NCBI GenBank assembly: GCA_020525365.1 | Contig: JAIZOF010000001.1 | Coordinates: 889,456 to 953,455 of the forward strand | Direction: 5' to 3' | Source of the DNA: Sulfurovum sp. | GTDB taxonomy: Bacteria > Campylobacterota > Campylobacteria > Campylobacterales > Sulfurovaceae | Length of the DNA stretch: 64,000 nucleotides | Shown here: piece after piece, positions 38,246 to 49,623 of the stretch | How positions within the stretch are numbered: the first letter of the stretch is position 1 | Layout of the letters: the number at the start of each line of letters is the position of its first letter | Program-made: the position numbers and the translations under genes | Notes under the pieces: generated by a model | Told to the model about the DNA's origin: nothing | What the model saw: the letters and a program-made list of their open reading frames with translations, nothing else | The model's database searches: none

Positions 38246-39338
38246 TCATTAGTTTTTCCATTAGCGCTTTGACAGTAATAATCTCTTTAAGACGATAGCC
38301 ATTAGCACCAGTGAAAAAGAGTCCTGTTTCTGCAATACCATCATAGGCATCAGAGAGACGATCAGCAATACAATACCCTACAATTTTTGCTTCTTCTCCA
38401 CGGTTACAGGGTGAGACACAGTTAGAGATACAGGCAACTTTAGGTGCTGTCCCTTTTTCAATACGGTGATGTAGCTCTGTTTTAACACCTCTTGCAGGAT
38501 ATCCAACAGGAGATTTAAAGAGTTTAATATCCTCTTCCTTTGCATTGATAATAATCTGTTTCATTGTATCAGATGCATCGCACTCTACGGTTCCAATGAA
38601 ACGAGTACCAAGCTGTACTCCACTTGCACCGAGTTCCATCATGCGTATAATATCATTATGATCCCAAATACCACCCGCTGCAATAATGGGCATATTGCCC
38701 CAATTTTTTGCCTCCTCCACTACAGGAGGAAGAATCACCTCAAGTTGGTTCTCAGGCAAAAAGCACTCCTCATACTTAAATCCTTGATGTCCACCACTAA
38801 GTGGACCTTCTACAATCACAGCATCAGGAAGTTTGTTGTGGGTTTTTTTCCAACGACGACAGAGAATACGCAATGCCTTTGCAGTGGAAACAATGGGTAC
38901 CAATGCTACATCAGGGTAGTCTTTGGCTGCATCAGGCATCGTTAACGGTAATCCTGCACCAGTGATAATAATGTTTGCACCTGCCTCACAAGCATCCTTT
39001 ACCACTCTATCATATTCGCTTTGTACATAGAGTATATTAGCTGCAAGAGGCTTATCGTTACAAATTTTCCGTGCATTTTCAAAGATCTTTTTGAGTGCTT
39101 TGAAAGCATAGAAGTTAATTGGATTGAGTGGACGATACTCTTTGCCCACCATCTCTTTGTCATCAAGGTAGCTTCTATTCTTGTATATACCTGTACCTAC
39201 GGCAGAAATGACTCCCAAGCCACCTTCTTTAGAAACGGTACCCGCAAGTTGATCCCAACTGATACCAACCCCCATACCTCCCTGTATAATTGGGTTTTCA
39301 ATTATATATTTTCCTATTTTAAATGGCTTGAATGTCAT
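38229..39338 (-). CDS. Nitronate monooxygenase / FabK-family FMN oxidoreductase
   Basis: 369 aa. PIIQGGMGVGISWDQLAGTVSKEGGLGVIS and AAGGIWD motifs of the NMO family. Confidence 0.8.
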   Translation of the reverse strand: MTFKPFKIGKYIIENPIIQGGMGVGISWDQLAGTVSKEGGLGVISAVGTGIYKNRSYLDDKEMVGKEYRPLNPINFYAFKALKKIFENARKICNDKPLAANILYVQSEYDRVVKDACEAGANIIITGAGLPLTMPDAAKDYPDVALVPIVSTAKALRILCRRWKKTHNKLPDAVIVEGPLSGGHQGFKYEECFLPENQLEVILPPVVEEAKNWGNMPIIAAGGIWDHNDIIRMMELGASGVQLGTRFIGTVECDASDTMKQIIINAKEEDIKLFKSPVGYPARGVKTELHHRIEKGTAPKVACISNCVSPCNRGEEAKIVGYCIADRLSDAYDGIAETGLFFTGANGYRLKEIITVKALMEKLMNGEEQ

Positions 39339-40540
39339 AACCCCACCTTTATTTTTATGAATTTACGTTTTCCTACCTGTAAGATATACTCCCCTTTAGA
39401 GAGTTTCATCTGCTGATCATGTATTTTCTGCTGATCAATGCGCACTGCACCCTGTTGGATATCGCGACGTGCCTGAGAGGTTGAAGGTTCAATGCCTGCA
39501 TCAACCATTGCTTTGCATATCCAAATATCTGCTTCTACAGTTACCTCAGGTATATTATCGGGGAGCTTATTGGCTTTAAATATCTGTTCGAACGCTACTT
39601 TAGCAGTCTGTGCTACTTCTTTATTGTAAAACCTTTCTACTAGCTCCAATGCAAGATTTTCTTTAACTGTTTTAGGATGTAGCATATTTGTAGAAACATC
39701 TTCTTTTATCTGTATAATTTCCTTGAGAGGTTTTTCACTAAGTAGCTCATAGTAGCGCCACATTAATTCGTCAGAAATAGAGAGTATCTTAGCATAAATA
39801 TCATTGGGTGTCTCAGTAATGCCAATATAATTGTTTAAAGACTTACTCATTTTCTGTACTCCATCAAGTCCTTCAAGAATTGGCATCATTAAGACTGCTT
39901 GCTCTTTACCTACATTATAAGTACGTTGTAGATGTCTGCCCATGAGTAGATTGAATTTTTGATCAGTTCCACCTATTTCAATATCAGACTTAAGTTCTAC
40001 TGAGTCATACCCTTGAAGTAGAGGATAGATAAATTCAGAGATAGAGATACTCTGTCCTGACTTGTATCGTTTTTCAAAATCATCACGCTCAAGCATGCGT
40101 GCAACATTAAATGTTGTAGTCAATGTCACCATACCTGAAGCACCAAGTGCTTCAAGCCATTTTGAATTAAAAACAATATCAGTCTTACTTTTATCAACAA
40201 TATTGAATACCTGATTAGTATAGGTTTTAGCATTTTTAAGGATAGTCTCCCTATCAAGCACATTGCGTGTCATACTTTTGCCTGTTGGGTCGCCAATAGT
40301 TGCAGTAAAGTCACCAATAAGAAGTTGTATGTGTCCACCATGGTTTTGAAAAATACGTAATTTTTGAAGTAGTACAGTATGCCCTAGATGCAAATCAGTA
40401 CCTGTAGGATCAAACCCTGCTTTCACGGTATAGGTTTCTCCTGTTTCATAAAATCTCTTTATTAGTACTTCAATGCGTTCCATGTCGATAATCTCGGCAG
40501 TTCCTCTGCATATCTCTTCTAGCGCTTGTTTGACTAGCAT
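39335..40540 (-). CDS. tyrS: Tyrosine-tRNA ligase
   Basis: HIGH-type motif DLHLGH, KMSKS, and a C-terminal S4 domain. Confidence 0.95.
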   Translation of the reverse strand: MLVKQALEEICRGTAEIIDMERIEVLIKRFYETGETYTVKAGFDPTGTDLHLGHTVLLQKLRIFQNHGGHIQLLIGDFTATIGDPTGKSMTRNVLDRETILKNAKTYTNQVFNIVDKSKTDIVFNSKWLEALGASGMVTLTTTFNVARMLERDDFEKRYKSGQSISISEFIYPLLQGYDSVELKSDIEIGGTDQKFNLLMGRHLQRTYNVGKEQAVLMMPILEGLDGVQKMSKSLNNYIGITETPNDIYAKILSISDELMWRYYELLSEKPLKEIIQIKEDVSTNMLHPKTVKENLALELVERFYNKEVAQTAKVAFEQIFKANKLPDNIPEVTVEADIWICKAMVDAGIEPSTSQARRDIQQGAVRIDQQKIHDQQMKLSKGEYILQVGKRKFIKIKVGL

Positions 40541-40559
40541 GCTTTTTTATCCTTTATTT

Positions 40560-42713
40560 CTATTTATTATAGGCATCATCTAGGCTAATCATCTCAATTA
40601 GTTTAAACCTTTGTGCAATTTTTTCTTCAAGCACAACCTTACGAGACTCTGAACTTTCAACTTCTATTTGACAATATTCAGCACTCTCAGAACTTTTAAT
40701 ACCAAGTTCAATGCTAATGACATTCATATTTAATACTGAAAGTTTTGCTAGCAAGTCAGCCAATACACCTTTTTGATTTTGTAAGCTAATAATAAGCCTA
40801 TAGCGGGAAAGTTTGGTACCTCTCCAGCTCACAAAGAGCATTGGTTTTCCTTCTAATATTTTTGTATAGGCTTTTTTGCACAATTTGTGGTGTATAATAG
40901 CCTTACTGTCCTTATAAAATGCAATGATTTGATCACCTACTTTGGGGTGACAGCAGTAATCGAATGTTACGCTATCCAATGGTTTGTTGATAAAGAATTG
41001 GAAATACTCTATCTTTTTGACCTGAGGTTTTTTGTAACCCTTTTTTAAAAGTTCCCAAAAACGAACCTCCTTGGTACCCATATAGGCAGCAAGTTTATGA
41101 ATAATTTTTTTGGAATAATCTAACTGAGTTGGTAACCTATAGATAGTCTCTGACATCCCCATATCTTCTATGCGTCTCTTGATACGTTCTGTAGTTTGGT
41201 TAAAAAATGTAGCAAGAATATTATAGGAAGAGAAGGTGTTTATCTCTTTAATACGAGCACGACAATGACTGCGTATACCCTCTTTAGCTTTGGATGTTTT
41301 GACTGTATCCTGCCATGAACAGTGCAGGTGTGGTTTTTCGTCTTTAATAATTTTGACAATATCCCCATTCTTGAGTACAGTAAGCAATGAGGATTTTTGT
41401 TTATTGATAAAGGCAGTGACTGCATGGGTTCCTACTTCAGAATGGATTGCATAGGCAAAATCAAGGACTATAGAGCCTTTAGGTAGTGTATAGTAGTCTC
41501 CTTTGGGAGAGAAGACAGTAATATCTTCTGAGAAAAGATCACCTTTTGCTAGCTCATAAAACTCCTCGATAGATTCATTTTGATAAGAGAGACTCTCAAG
41601 CCACTGGAGGTTGACGCTACTGTTACCCTCTTTATATTTCCAGTGTGCGGCAACTCCATACTCGGCTAGTTGATGCATTTGGTGTGTGCGTATTTGTGTT
41701 TCAATAATTCCCTCTTCATTAAAAAGTGTTGTATGAATGGTTTTGTACCCATTCTCTTTAGGAATAGCAATATAATCTTTAAAGCGAGAGATAAGTGGCC
41801 GGAAGTTTAGATGCATTAATCCTAGCACAGTATAGCACTCTAGAGGATTTTTAAGAATGATACGTATAGCAAGTAGATCAAGTATCTCCTCTATGCCCAC
41901 TCCTTTGCGGTGCATCTTCAAATAGATGGAGTAGTAATGTTTTACACGTCCAATAATGTTGAAGTGTTTATCTTCAAATCCATGTTGTTCCATCAGCTTG
42001 CGTACTTTCTGTATAAAAGCATTCAGTTTAAACTGAAGATTTTGAGCATTTTTTTTAATATAGTTATCTATTTTAGTATAATCTTCGGGGTAAATGTGAT
42101 AGAAGCTAAGGTCTTCAAGATAATTTTTTAATCGGGAGATACCTAGTTTATGTGCAATGGGCGCATAAACAACCAATGTCTCTTCAGCAATACGTTTACG
42201 TTTGTGTGGGAGTAGTGCATCAAGAGTCAACATGTTATGCATACGGTCACAGAGTTTAATGATTAGTACACGAATATCTTTAATGGAGGCAACGAGCATT
42301 TTGCGGAAGGTTAGTGCAGACGAGGCAAGTCTATTGTCTGAATCCAAAGAGACCATCTTTTCATCTTGAATCTCAACTATTTTGGTTAGTCCCTCAACTA
42401 TATGGGTTACATCTTCTCCAAATTCATGGGAGAGATCTTTGAGATCAAAATCAGTATCTTCAATTACATCATGTAGTAGTGCTGCTTGTACCATGGTTTC
42501 ATCATTGGAGATGGAGGCAGTAATGGCGGCAACAAGAATAGGATGTACAATATAAGGTTCTCCACTCTTGCGTTTTTGCCCATCATGAGCGGTCATGGCA
42601 AGATCAAGTGCCTTTTGTACTTGTGAGGAGTGCTTGGGGAGTTGTTCCCACAGAAGGGCTGTCGCTTTTTCTATCGTATGTATACCTTTGACTCTAAAAA
42701 GGAATGTATCCAA
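40560..42713 (-). CDS. spoT: Bifunctional (p)ppGpp synthetase/hydrolase (RelA/SpoT homologue)
   Basis: 717 aa with an HD domain (HDVIEDT), RelA_SpoT synthetase, TGS and ACT-like regions. Confidence 0.95.
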   Translation of the reverse strand: MDTFLFRVKGIHTIEKATALLWEQLPKHSSQVQKALDLAMTAHDGQKRKSGEPYIVHPILVAAITASISNDETMVQAALLHDVIEDTDFDLKDLSHEFGEDVTHIVEGLTKIVEIQDEKMVSLDSDNRLASSALTFRKMLVASIKDIRVLIIKLCDRMHNMLTLDALLPHKRKRIAEETLVVYAPIAHKLGISRLKNYLEDLSFYHIYPEDYTKIDNYIKKNAQNLQFKLNAFIQKVRKLMEQHGFEDKHFNIIGRVKHYYSIYLKMHRKGVGIEEILDLLAIRIILKNPLECYTVLGLMHLNFRPLISRFKDYIAIPKENGYKTIHTTLFNEEGIIETQIRTHQMHQLAEYGVAAHWKYKEGNSSVNLQWLESLSYQNESIEEFYELAKGDLFSEDITVFSPKGDYYTLPKGSIVLDFAYAIHSEVGTHAVTAFINKQKSSLLTVLKNGDIVKIIKDEKPHLHCSWQDTVKTSKAKEGIRSHCRARIKEINTFSSYNILATFFNQTTERIKRRIEDMGMSETIYRLPTQLDYSKKIIHKLAAYMGTKEVRFWELLKKGYKKPQVKKIEYFQFFINKPLDSVTFDYCCHPKVGDQIIAFYKDSKAIIHHKLCKKAYTKILEGKPMLFVSWRGTKLSRYRLIISLQNQKGVLADLLAKLSVLNMNVISIELGIKSSESAEYCQIEVESSESRKVVLEEKIAQRFKLIEMISLDDAYNK

Positions 42714-42719
42714 AAGGAA

Positions 42720-42926
42720 TTATCCTTTGAGGTCTACAATAAGCTTGCCTTCCGCAATTTCCTGTAGGGCAATATCTGTATGTTTTGTTATCTTTTGATC
42801 TATATCGACAAAAGGTTCTGCACCATTAGCAATCTCTTTGGCTCTTTTTCCTACCGCGTTTGCCAAAAGGTACTTATCGAAATTTACCCGCTCAAGTGCT
42901 TTTGCTGTTAGTTGTTCTGTTCTCAA
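42720..42926 (-). CDS. rpoZ: RNA polymerase omega subunit
   Basis: 68 aa. NFDKYLLANAVGKRAKEI is typical of RpoZ. It sits between pyrH and spoT. Confidence 0.85.
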   Translation of the reverse strand: MRTEQLTAKALERVNFDKYLLANAVGKRAKEIANGAEPFVDIDQKITKHTDIALQEIAEGKLIVDLKG

Positions 42927-42975
42927 TCTTAATTCCTTTATTTTTTGATCGCGTATTGCATATTAGGGGTATTTG

Positions 42976-43710
<735 letters not shown>

Positions 43711-43738
43711 TTATATCGAAAAAGTAGTTAGGAAGGGT

Positions 43739-45109
43739 TTAAACACGAATTAATTTAAGTGGATTAATATGCTTCGAATTCTTTGTTGCTTGAAACAGCA
43801 ATTTATGTTTAACTTTACCAATTACATACCCTTTTTTAATTTTTTTACCAACACGAATAGTGGGCGCAATTTTAGAGAGCCCTGCGTAGACAGTATGTAT
43901 TTTTCCTCTATGTCTAACAACCACAACTTTTCCTAGCATACTCGATTCTCCAGCAAAAACAATTTTTCCATTCAGTACATTTTTGACTTTTCCAGGAGAA
44001 GAAGGTGCCTTTAGAGTAATTGATTCATTAAATATCTTTATTTTATAGATAGGGTCAATATAGGTACCAAATTTCTTAATCAATTTTGCTCCTGTAATAG
44101 GAGAGATTGTCTTTTTGCCATGATAATGATATATGATCTCTTTTTTGTAAGAAGAGTTGATGTTGCGTACTTTTTGGCTCTCTTGAATAATATTCATTTT
44201 TGCTGTTGCTGCCGCCTCGGCCATTAGTTTTACTCTTTTACGATCTATTTTTGTTTTAGCGTGCTTAAGTGCTTCTTGGAATTTACGCTCTTTTTCTACA
44301 ATCTTCATTTTTGCTAGTCGAAGCTTACGTTTACGCTCTTTTTCTTTACGTAGCACCTCTTTGCGTATTGCTGCCCGCCTACGAGCCTCTTGAACCTCTT
44401 GTTTACGGAGAATATTAAGTTTGGCAAGTGTTGTTCGAAGTGCATTCTGCTTATCTGCAATCTTCTGTAGTCTAGCAGTATATTTTTCCTCATCCAGTAT
44501 AAGTTTTTTATGTAATTTCTCTTTCTTCTTCTTTTTTGTTGTATAAGATTCTCGTTTTTTTATAATTTTTTCTAACTGGTTTTTTATATGGTTTCTATGA
44601 GATTTTGCATTATCTTTTTTATATTTCAATTTATCAAGCTCTTTTTTAAGTTGTGCAAGTATCTGTGTATTGCGTCTTTTATAGATCTGATAAATCTCTT
44701 GATGTATAATTGAACTACGTGTTAATTCATATGCTTTTTCCATAGCAAAATTAACTGAAAACTGTTCAGAGAGAAGTTTGGTAAACTGTTTTTGTTTGTG
44801 TTCAAACTCTTTGTTTATTCTCTCTAGTTTGCTTTGAGACCCCCGAAGAGTTTTTCTTAAATGTGTATATGCCTTCTCTATTTTGTATTGATCTTTTTCA
44901 AGCTCAACAATCTTTTTATCAAGATAGACAATTTCTTCCTCTGCTGCCTTGATATCCTTGGCAATCTTGTCTAATTTTCGTGTAGTTTTCTGCTGCTGTC
45001 TTTGTATCAGACTCAAACTTTTTTTATTTGTCGATATTTTTTTTATGGTTGAGTTTGCACTATAAGTAAGTGATAGAGATATAAAGAGGTGGAGAATCAG
45101 TAGTCTCAC
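43739..45109 (-). CDS. EnvC-like coiled-coil protein with a degenerate LytM (M23) domain
   Basis: 456 aa with a signal peptide, long Lys/Glu-rich coiled coils and a C-terminal M23 fold. The Zn ligands are lost: HxxxD, YxH and HLHFE read ESITLKA, YAG and KLLFQ. It sits immediately downstream of ftsEX. Confidence 0.75.
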   Translation of the reverse strand: MRLLILHLFISLSLTYSANSTIKKISTNKKSLSLIQRQQQKTTRKLDKIAKDIKAAEEEIVYLDKKIVELEKDQYKIEKAYTHLRKTLRGSQSKLERINKEFEHKQKQFTKLLSEQFSVNFAMEKAYELTRSSIIHQEIYQIYKRRNTQILAQLKKELDKLKYKKDNAKSHRNHIKNQLEKIIKKRESYTTKKKKKEKLHKKLILDEEKYTARLQKIADKQNALRTTLAKLNILRKQEVQEARRRAAIRKEVLRKEKERKRKLRLAKMKIVEKERKFQEALKHAKTKIDRKRVKLMAEAAATAKMNIIQESQKVRNINSSYKKEIIYHYHGKKTISPITGAKLIKKFGTYIDPIYKIKIFNESITLKAPSSPGKVKNVLNGKIVFAGESSMLGKVVVVRHRGKIHTVYAGLSKIAPTIRVGKKIKKGYVIGKVKHKLLFQATKNSKHINPLKLIRV

Positions 45110-45921
45110 TCTTGTGCTCCCCGTGAACTCGTAACTACAGAATAGACTGCCATAACCACAAGGAGTAGTGCTATACCAAGCAAAATTATCATATCTGCTA
45201 CCTGAAAAAGTTCGTTTTGTTTATGAACAATCAGATTAATCCCACTCTGTGTTGCCCAAATAAATTTTACATAAAAGAAGATTCCAGAGACAAAAAATGT
45301 AGCAATGAATGCATCAGAAATTGCTACTTTAAATAATATACCTGAACGCAATATTAGTGGCGCACCAAAAATTTCCATTATTTCCATACGTTCTCTGTGA
45401 GTATATTTCCACACCTCTATCTGCTTGACAATAAGAAAAAGACTGACCATCCCCATAAAACCAATAAACACCTTTAAAAGAAATTTAATAAAAGAAAATA
45501 ATCTATAAGCAGAGCTATAGCTACTTCCAAAGGTCTCAACACGTTTAATGTTAGGGTCTTTTTCTAGACCATATTGAATCTGTTTGATTTGTAATGTACC
45601 AAGATAGCTGTCAAGTCCCACATTATAAAAGTAGGGTAATGCAGCAAGAATTTCTTTTTTGTTTTCCTTGCTTACCCCTTGAATTACCTCAGAGATAATT
45701 TGTTCACGTTCAATTGCTTTAATATTGGCAATATGCTTGTTGAGTACTTTGAGTTTTTGAAGTGTTACTGGTTTTTTAGTAACAACTAGCATAGTATAGC
45801 CCTCTTTTAGTGTTTTTTCATAGCTATCTGTTGTTCGATCAAAAACTAAATAAAATTCAACTCCAAGCAGTATTGCCATGAGTGGCAATATAAACATTAG
45901 ATGATTTTTAACAAACTTCAT
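45106..45921 (-). CDS. ftsX: Cell division ABC transporter permease-like protein FtsX
   Basis: Four TM helices with a large loop. ATG 45921 ([10 protein letters not shown]...) is preferred over the track start at 45993. It overlaps ftsE by 14 nt. Confidence 0.8.
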   Translation of the reverse strand: MKFVKNHLMFILPLMAILLGVEFYLVFDRTTDSYEKTLKEGYTMLVVTKKPVTLQKLKVLNKHIANIKAIEREQIISEVIQGVSKENKKEILAALPYFYNVGLDSYLGTLQIKQIQYGLEKDPNIKRVETFGSSYSSAYRLFSFIKFLLKVFIGFMGMVSLFLIVKQIEVWKYTHRERMEIMEIFGAPLILRSGILFKVAISDAFIATFFVSGIFFYVKFIWATQSGINLIVHKQNELFQVADMIILLGIALLLVVMAVYSVVTSSRGAQE

Positions 45922-46582
45922 AGATACCCTTATTTTCAATGATAAAATGACGATATGGTAGTGAAAAAATAGTTGGTATCTTGTGTGTAACAACTAGTAC
46001 TGTGGTTTCAAGTTGCTGACAAGCATTCTCCATAAGATCCCAAATGACATTAGAAGAGTAATCATCAAGATTTCCTGTAGGCTCATCTGCTAAAATGACT
46101 ACAGGATTTTTGGCTAAAGCCCGTGCAACTCCTACACGTTGCTGTTCTCCACCGCTAAGTTCCAATGGATACTTTTCGGCATATTCATTTAATTTAACAT
46201 GCTTTAGTAGTCTTTTTGCTTGTGCATTTTGTACATCAGCAGGATAGCCAGAAATCATTAGCGGCAGTATGACATTCTTGGCAACAGTCCACTCATTGAT
46301 TAACTTGTAATCTTGGAAAATAATTCCCATATGTGTACGAAGTTCCTGTAATTTGTATGGTTTGACGTTGAGAAGATTTACACCACCGACAGCAAGGTTT
46401 CCTCCTTTGGGTTTAAGTTCTCCATAAAGTGCTTTAAGTAGTGTTGATTTTCCAGAACCACTTGGTCCAGTAATAAAAATAAAGTCCCCTTTATGTATGT
46501 TAAAGCTGGCATTCTTAATAATTTCCTTACGTCCACCATCATACGCTAACGTAAGTTTCTTTGCGCTAATTACATTTGACAT
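45908..46582 (-). CDS. ftsE: Cell division ATP-binding protein FtsE
   Basis: 224 aa. Walker [10 protein letters not shown], signature LSGGEQQR and Walker [12 protein letters not shown]. Confidence 0.9.
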   Translation of the reverse strand: MSNVISAKKLTLAYDGGRKEIIKNASFNIHKGDFIFITGPSGSGKSTLLKALYGELKPKGGNLAVGGVNLLNVKPYKLQELRTHMGIIFQDYKLINEWTVAKNVILPLMISGYPADVQNAQAKRLLKHVKLNEYAEKYPLELSGGEQQRVGVARALAKNPVVILADEPTGNLDDYSSNVIWDLMENACQQLETTVLVVTHKIPTIFSLPYRHFIIENKGIYEVC

Positions 46583-47747
46583 TGCTGAGCAACTCCATTA
46601 GTTTGAGGTGGGCTTTATGATTGGTATGACTCTTTACTGGAGAAGAAGCAACATAACGGCATTCCTCTTTAGTTAGAAGGATATATTTGTGTTCCGGTCT
46701 ATTAAAGCTACCGAAAGAACACTTCACTAGAAGCATCTTATCATTGCCCTTATAGACCCGTTCAATATGTACAAAATAATCCTCTTTTACCAATGTCTTT
46801 TTGGGAAGCCCCTCCCCTAAATATTTTCCATATTTTACAATATTAAAATTAAAGTCAGGTAATGCTTGTTGTGCTTGAGACTCTTCATTGCATACCACAT
46901 AGATATCATAGATATCTTTTTCCATTTTCAGCCATCGTGCCTCATATTTGCTGGTCACCTCCAATACTTTGTTTTTGTGTACCTCTATATGGGTCTTGGG
47001 TATAGCAAAGAAAACTTCCAGTGCGTACCAAAAGTAGTTTTTGCTGTCTGTTCTTAACTCAAGCCTACCCTCTTTTTTTAGTACACGCATCGATTCAGAA
47101 AGAAAGTTTAAACTGATAATGCGACGATGGGGCTTTTTATCCCATGGTACAGGGAAGTGAATAAAGATTTGTTCTAGTAAGTTGGAGGGTAGCATTTCTA
47201 AAAAAAGTCGTGCATCATAATTGACTATCCAGATATTTTTCAAATCTTGTAGTTCAATCTGTTTAAGTACCTGCTGAGCAGAAGGAGTGTGTATTTCCAA
47301 TCCAATAAAGAGTGTATTTGGGTGCTTTTTTGCCTGATAGAGCAGATGCCTTCCAGATCCAAACCCTATCTCTACAGAGACCTTTTTAAAAGAGAAACTA
47401 GCTGTATAGAAGTCTTCAATGGATTTTTCATACTTTGAAGCATAGTACGTATCTTTGTGTTGGGAAATATTGGAAGAAATTACTTCCAGTTTAAGCTCGT
47501 TTACAACATATTTGAGTGCCTTTTTAAGCAAGTTAACCTTGAGAGGACGGGTAATCTTATCATATTTGATAAGTACGCTGTCATCATAGTGCTTTACTTG
47601 AAGCAAGAACTCTTTATTTTCAAGCACTATACCCCACAGTTCATCGCCTTGATTGATAGCCGTAACCCTAAATTTTAATAATGTACTCTGTGAGATTTTT
47701 GTCTCAATCAGTGAAGTATCAAATGGTTTGACTTTAATATGTGGCAT
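46566..47747 (-). CDS. trmB: tRNA (guanine46-N7)-methyltransferase TrmB, long epsilonproteobacterial form
   Basis: 393 aa. The central core VEIGFGSGRHL...FIHFPVPWDKKPHRRI is flanked by N- and C-terminal extensions. Confidence 0.85.
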   Translation of the reverse strand: MPHIKVKPFDTSLIETKISQSTLLKFRVTAINQGDELWGIVLENKEFLLQVKHYDDSVLIKYDKITRPLKVNLLKKALKYVVNELKLEVISSNISQHKDTYYASKYEKSIEDFYTASFSFKKVSVEIGFGSGRHLLYQAKKHPNTLFIGLEIHTPSAQQVLKQIELQDLKNIWIVNYDARLFLEMLPSNLLEQIFIHFPVPWDKKPHRRIISLNFLSESMRVLKKEGRLELRTDSKNYFWYALEVFFAIPKTHIEVHKNKVLEVTSKYEARWLKMEKDIYDIYVVCNEESQAQQALPDFNFNIVKYGKYLGEGLPKKTLVKEDYFVHIERVYKGNDKMLLVKCSFGSFNRPEHKYILLTKEECRYVASSPVKSHTNHKAHLKLMELLSNVKCN

Positions 47748-47780
47748 GGATTCCCTTCCGTAGAACTTTGCATGCCTTAG

Positions 47781-48734
47781 TTATTCAAATTCCTTTTTCA
47801 GCATTTTTGGTTCAAGTTTTTTATGAACTGATACACGATCAAGATATTTCAATAAATAGTTATTCATATCATGAAAAAGTGGAGCAATAAACTCCATAAT
47901 CTTCCCAGTTACAGGATGGGTTAGATAGAGTAGATAGGCATGTAAGTAAACTCTTGGGATTTTATCTCTTTTGCTCTTAAATCCATATAAATGATCGCCT
48001 AAAATATGTCGTCCTAATGTATTGAGATGTACTCGTATTTGATGAGTGCGTCCAGTAAAGAGTTTTGCAACAATGAGCTCAGTGCCATACTCAGTTTCAA
48101 GCAGTTTTACAAAAGCAGTTTTTGCTTCCTTCCCATTGGGGACAACATCCATTTTAAGCCTATTTTTTGGATTACGTCCAATAGGTTTATTTACCACTGT
48201 ATCCTCTTTGAGTGGATGATCAATAAGTGCAAGATAATACCTTCCCATACTTTTATTCTGTAATTGTGCAGAAAGTTTTTCATGTACCTTATTATTCTTG
48301 GCAATTACCAATGCCCCAGTGGTCTCTTTGTCAATACGGTGTACAATGCCGTGTCGCTCCTCTCCACTGATAGTTGAGAGTGATATCCCACGTTGCACCA
48401 ACCAGTCAACCAATGTTGCTTCTTTAACCGAAGGTGCAGGGTGTACCACCAGTCCACTTGGCTTGTTGATAATCATGAGATATTTATCTTCATAGAGTAC
48501 CTCTATATTAAAATTTACTTTGATTGGTTCACGTTTTTGAGCCTCTTTAAACTTGTAGGTAATCTTATCGCCTTCTTTGACCTTGAAGCTTGGCTTTGTT
48601 ATCACTTTATTATTAACCAATACAAGCCTCTCTTTGATGAGCTTTTCAGTCTGATTGCGACTGACATTAAGGTGCAGGGCTAACACCTTATCAATACGAC
48701 CAAATATATTGACCAAAAATTGTTCATTTCTCAT
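47781..48734 (-). CDS. RluA/RluD-family 23S rRNA pseudouridine synthase
   Basis: 317 aa. N-terminal S4 domain and catalytic HRIDKETTGALV motif. Confidence 0.9.
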   Translation of the reverse strand: MRNEQFLVNIFGRIDKVLALHLNVSRNQTEKLIKERLVLVNNKVITKPSFKVKEGDKITYKFKEAQKREPIKVNFNIEVLYEDKYLMIINKPSGLVVHPAPSVKEATLVDWLVQRGISLSTISGEERHGIVHRIDKETTGALVIAKNNKVHEKLSAQLQNKSMGRYYLALIDHPLKEDTVVNKPIGRNPKNRLKMDVVPNGKEAKTAFVKLLETEYGTELIVAKLFTGRTHQIRVHLNTLGRHILGDHLYGFKSKRDKIPRVYLHAYLLYLTHPVTGKIMEFIAPLFHDMNNYLLKYLDRVSVHKKLEPKMLKKEFE

Positions 48735-49558
48735 TGCTTGCCGTATACTCCAATATCATTCCTATTCCATCTATCAGGGGCAAGAAATGTATCATCATGA
48801 ATATGTTTAAAAGAAGCCTTAATCATCTTAAAAAGTTCTTTATTCTCTTTCTCCATCCCTTGAAGCCATAACTTAGTAGAAGCCCGTGCATGAGGCATTT
48901 TAACATCCTTAAGCATAGCAGGACATGCCTCATCTCCAATAACCTCTAGTTTGTTTTCTTTAGCAAAAGCATGTAGTTGTTTCTCACGTACCTGAATAAG
49001 TGGACGTATAAGATGAAAGCCTTTGTCAGTCTTATAGATAGGTGCCATGGAGCGCATGGTACCATTATAGAACATGTTCATAAAAAAACTTTCAACTGCA
49101 TCATCAAAGTGGTGTCCCAGTGCTACTTTGGTAAATTTTCCCTCTTGTGCAAAGGTGTAAAGTGCACCACGTCGCATACGAGAAAAATAAGAGCAGAATG
49201 AAGAGTTTTTACGTATAGCCTCTTGTGAAATATCAAAAATACGTGTCTCATAAACAGTGTGTTTAATGCCATATTCCTTACAGTGTTCATTCAAATAATC
49301 ATAACGTTCACTGGGCATCCCATATTTGATTGTGCATGCCTCAAATTCAAAGTTGAAAGGTGCGTGTTTCTGAATATGCTTAAGTGCATGAATCAGTGCC
49401 AGTGAATCTTTGCCACCGCTCAGTCCTACAAGTACTTTATCATTCTCTTTAATGAGACGGAAGTCAGCATTGGTTTTGCCAATAATTTTAAGGAGTTTTC
49501 GACTTATAGGGATAGATTTCATTCCATCCTTATAGTATTTTTTTAAATTGTTACCCAT
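48731..49558 (-). CDS. PP-loop ATPase, TtcA-like tRNA thiolation family
   Basis: 275 aa. PP-loop GLSGGKDS and FCSYFSRMRRGALY, which is TtcA-like but has only one Cys of the first CxxC. Confidence 0.7.
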   Translation of the reverse strand: MGNNLKKYYKDGMKSIPISRKLLKIIGKTNADFRLIKENDKVLVGLSGGKDSLALIHALKHIQKHAPFNFEFEACTIKYGMPSERYDYLNEHCKEYGIKHTVYETRIFDISQEAIRKNSSFCSYFSRMRRGALYTFAQEGKFTKVALGHHFDDAVESFFMNMFYNGTMRSMAPIYKTDKGFHLIRPLIQVREKQLHAFAKENKLEVIGDEACPAMLKDVKMPHARASTKLWLQGMEKENKELFKMIKASFKHIHDDTFLAPDRWNRNDIGVYGKQ

Positions 49559-49623
49559 ACTACCCCCTATTTATTGACCAAGTGTACCCAATCTACATCT
49601 ATGCTATATTTTATGGTTATAGT

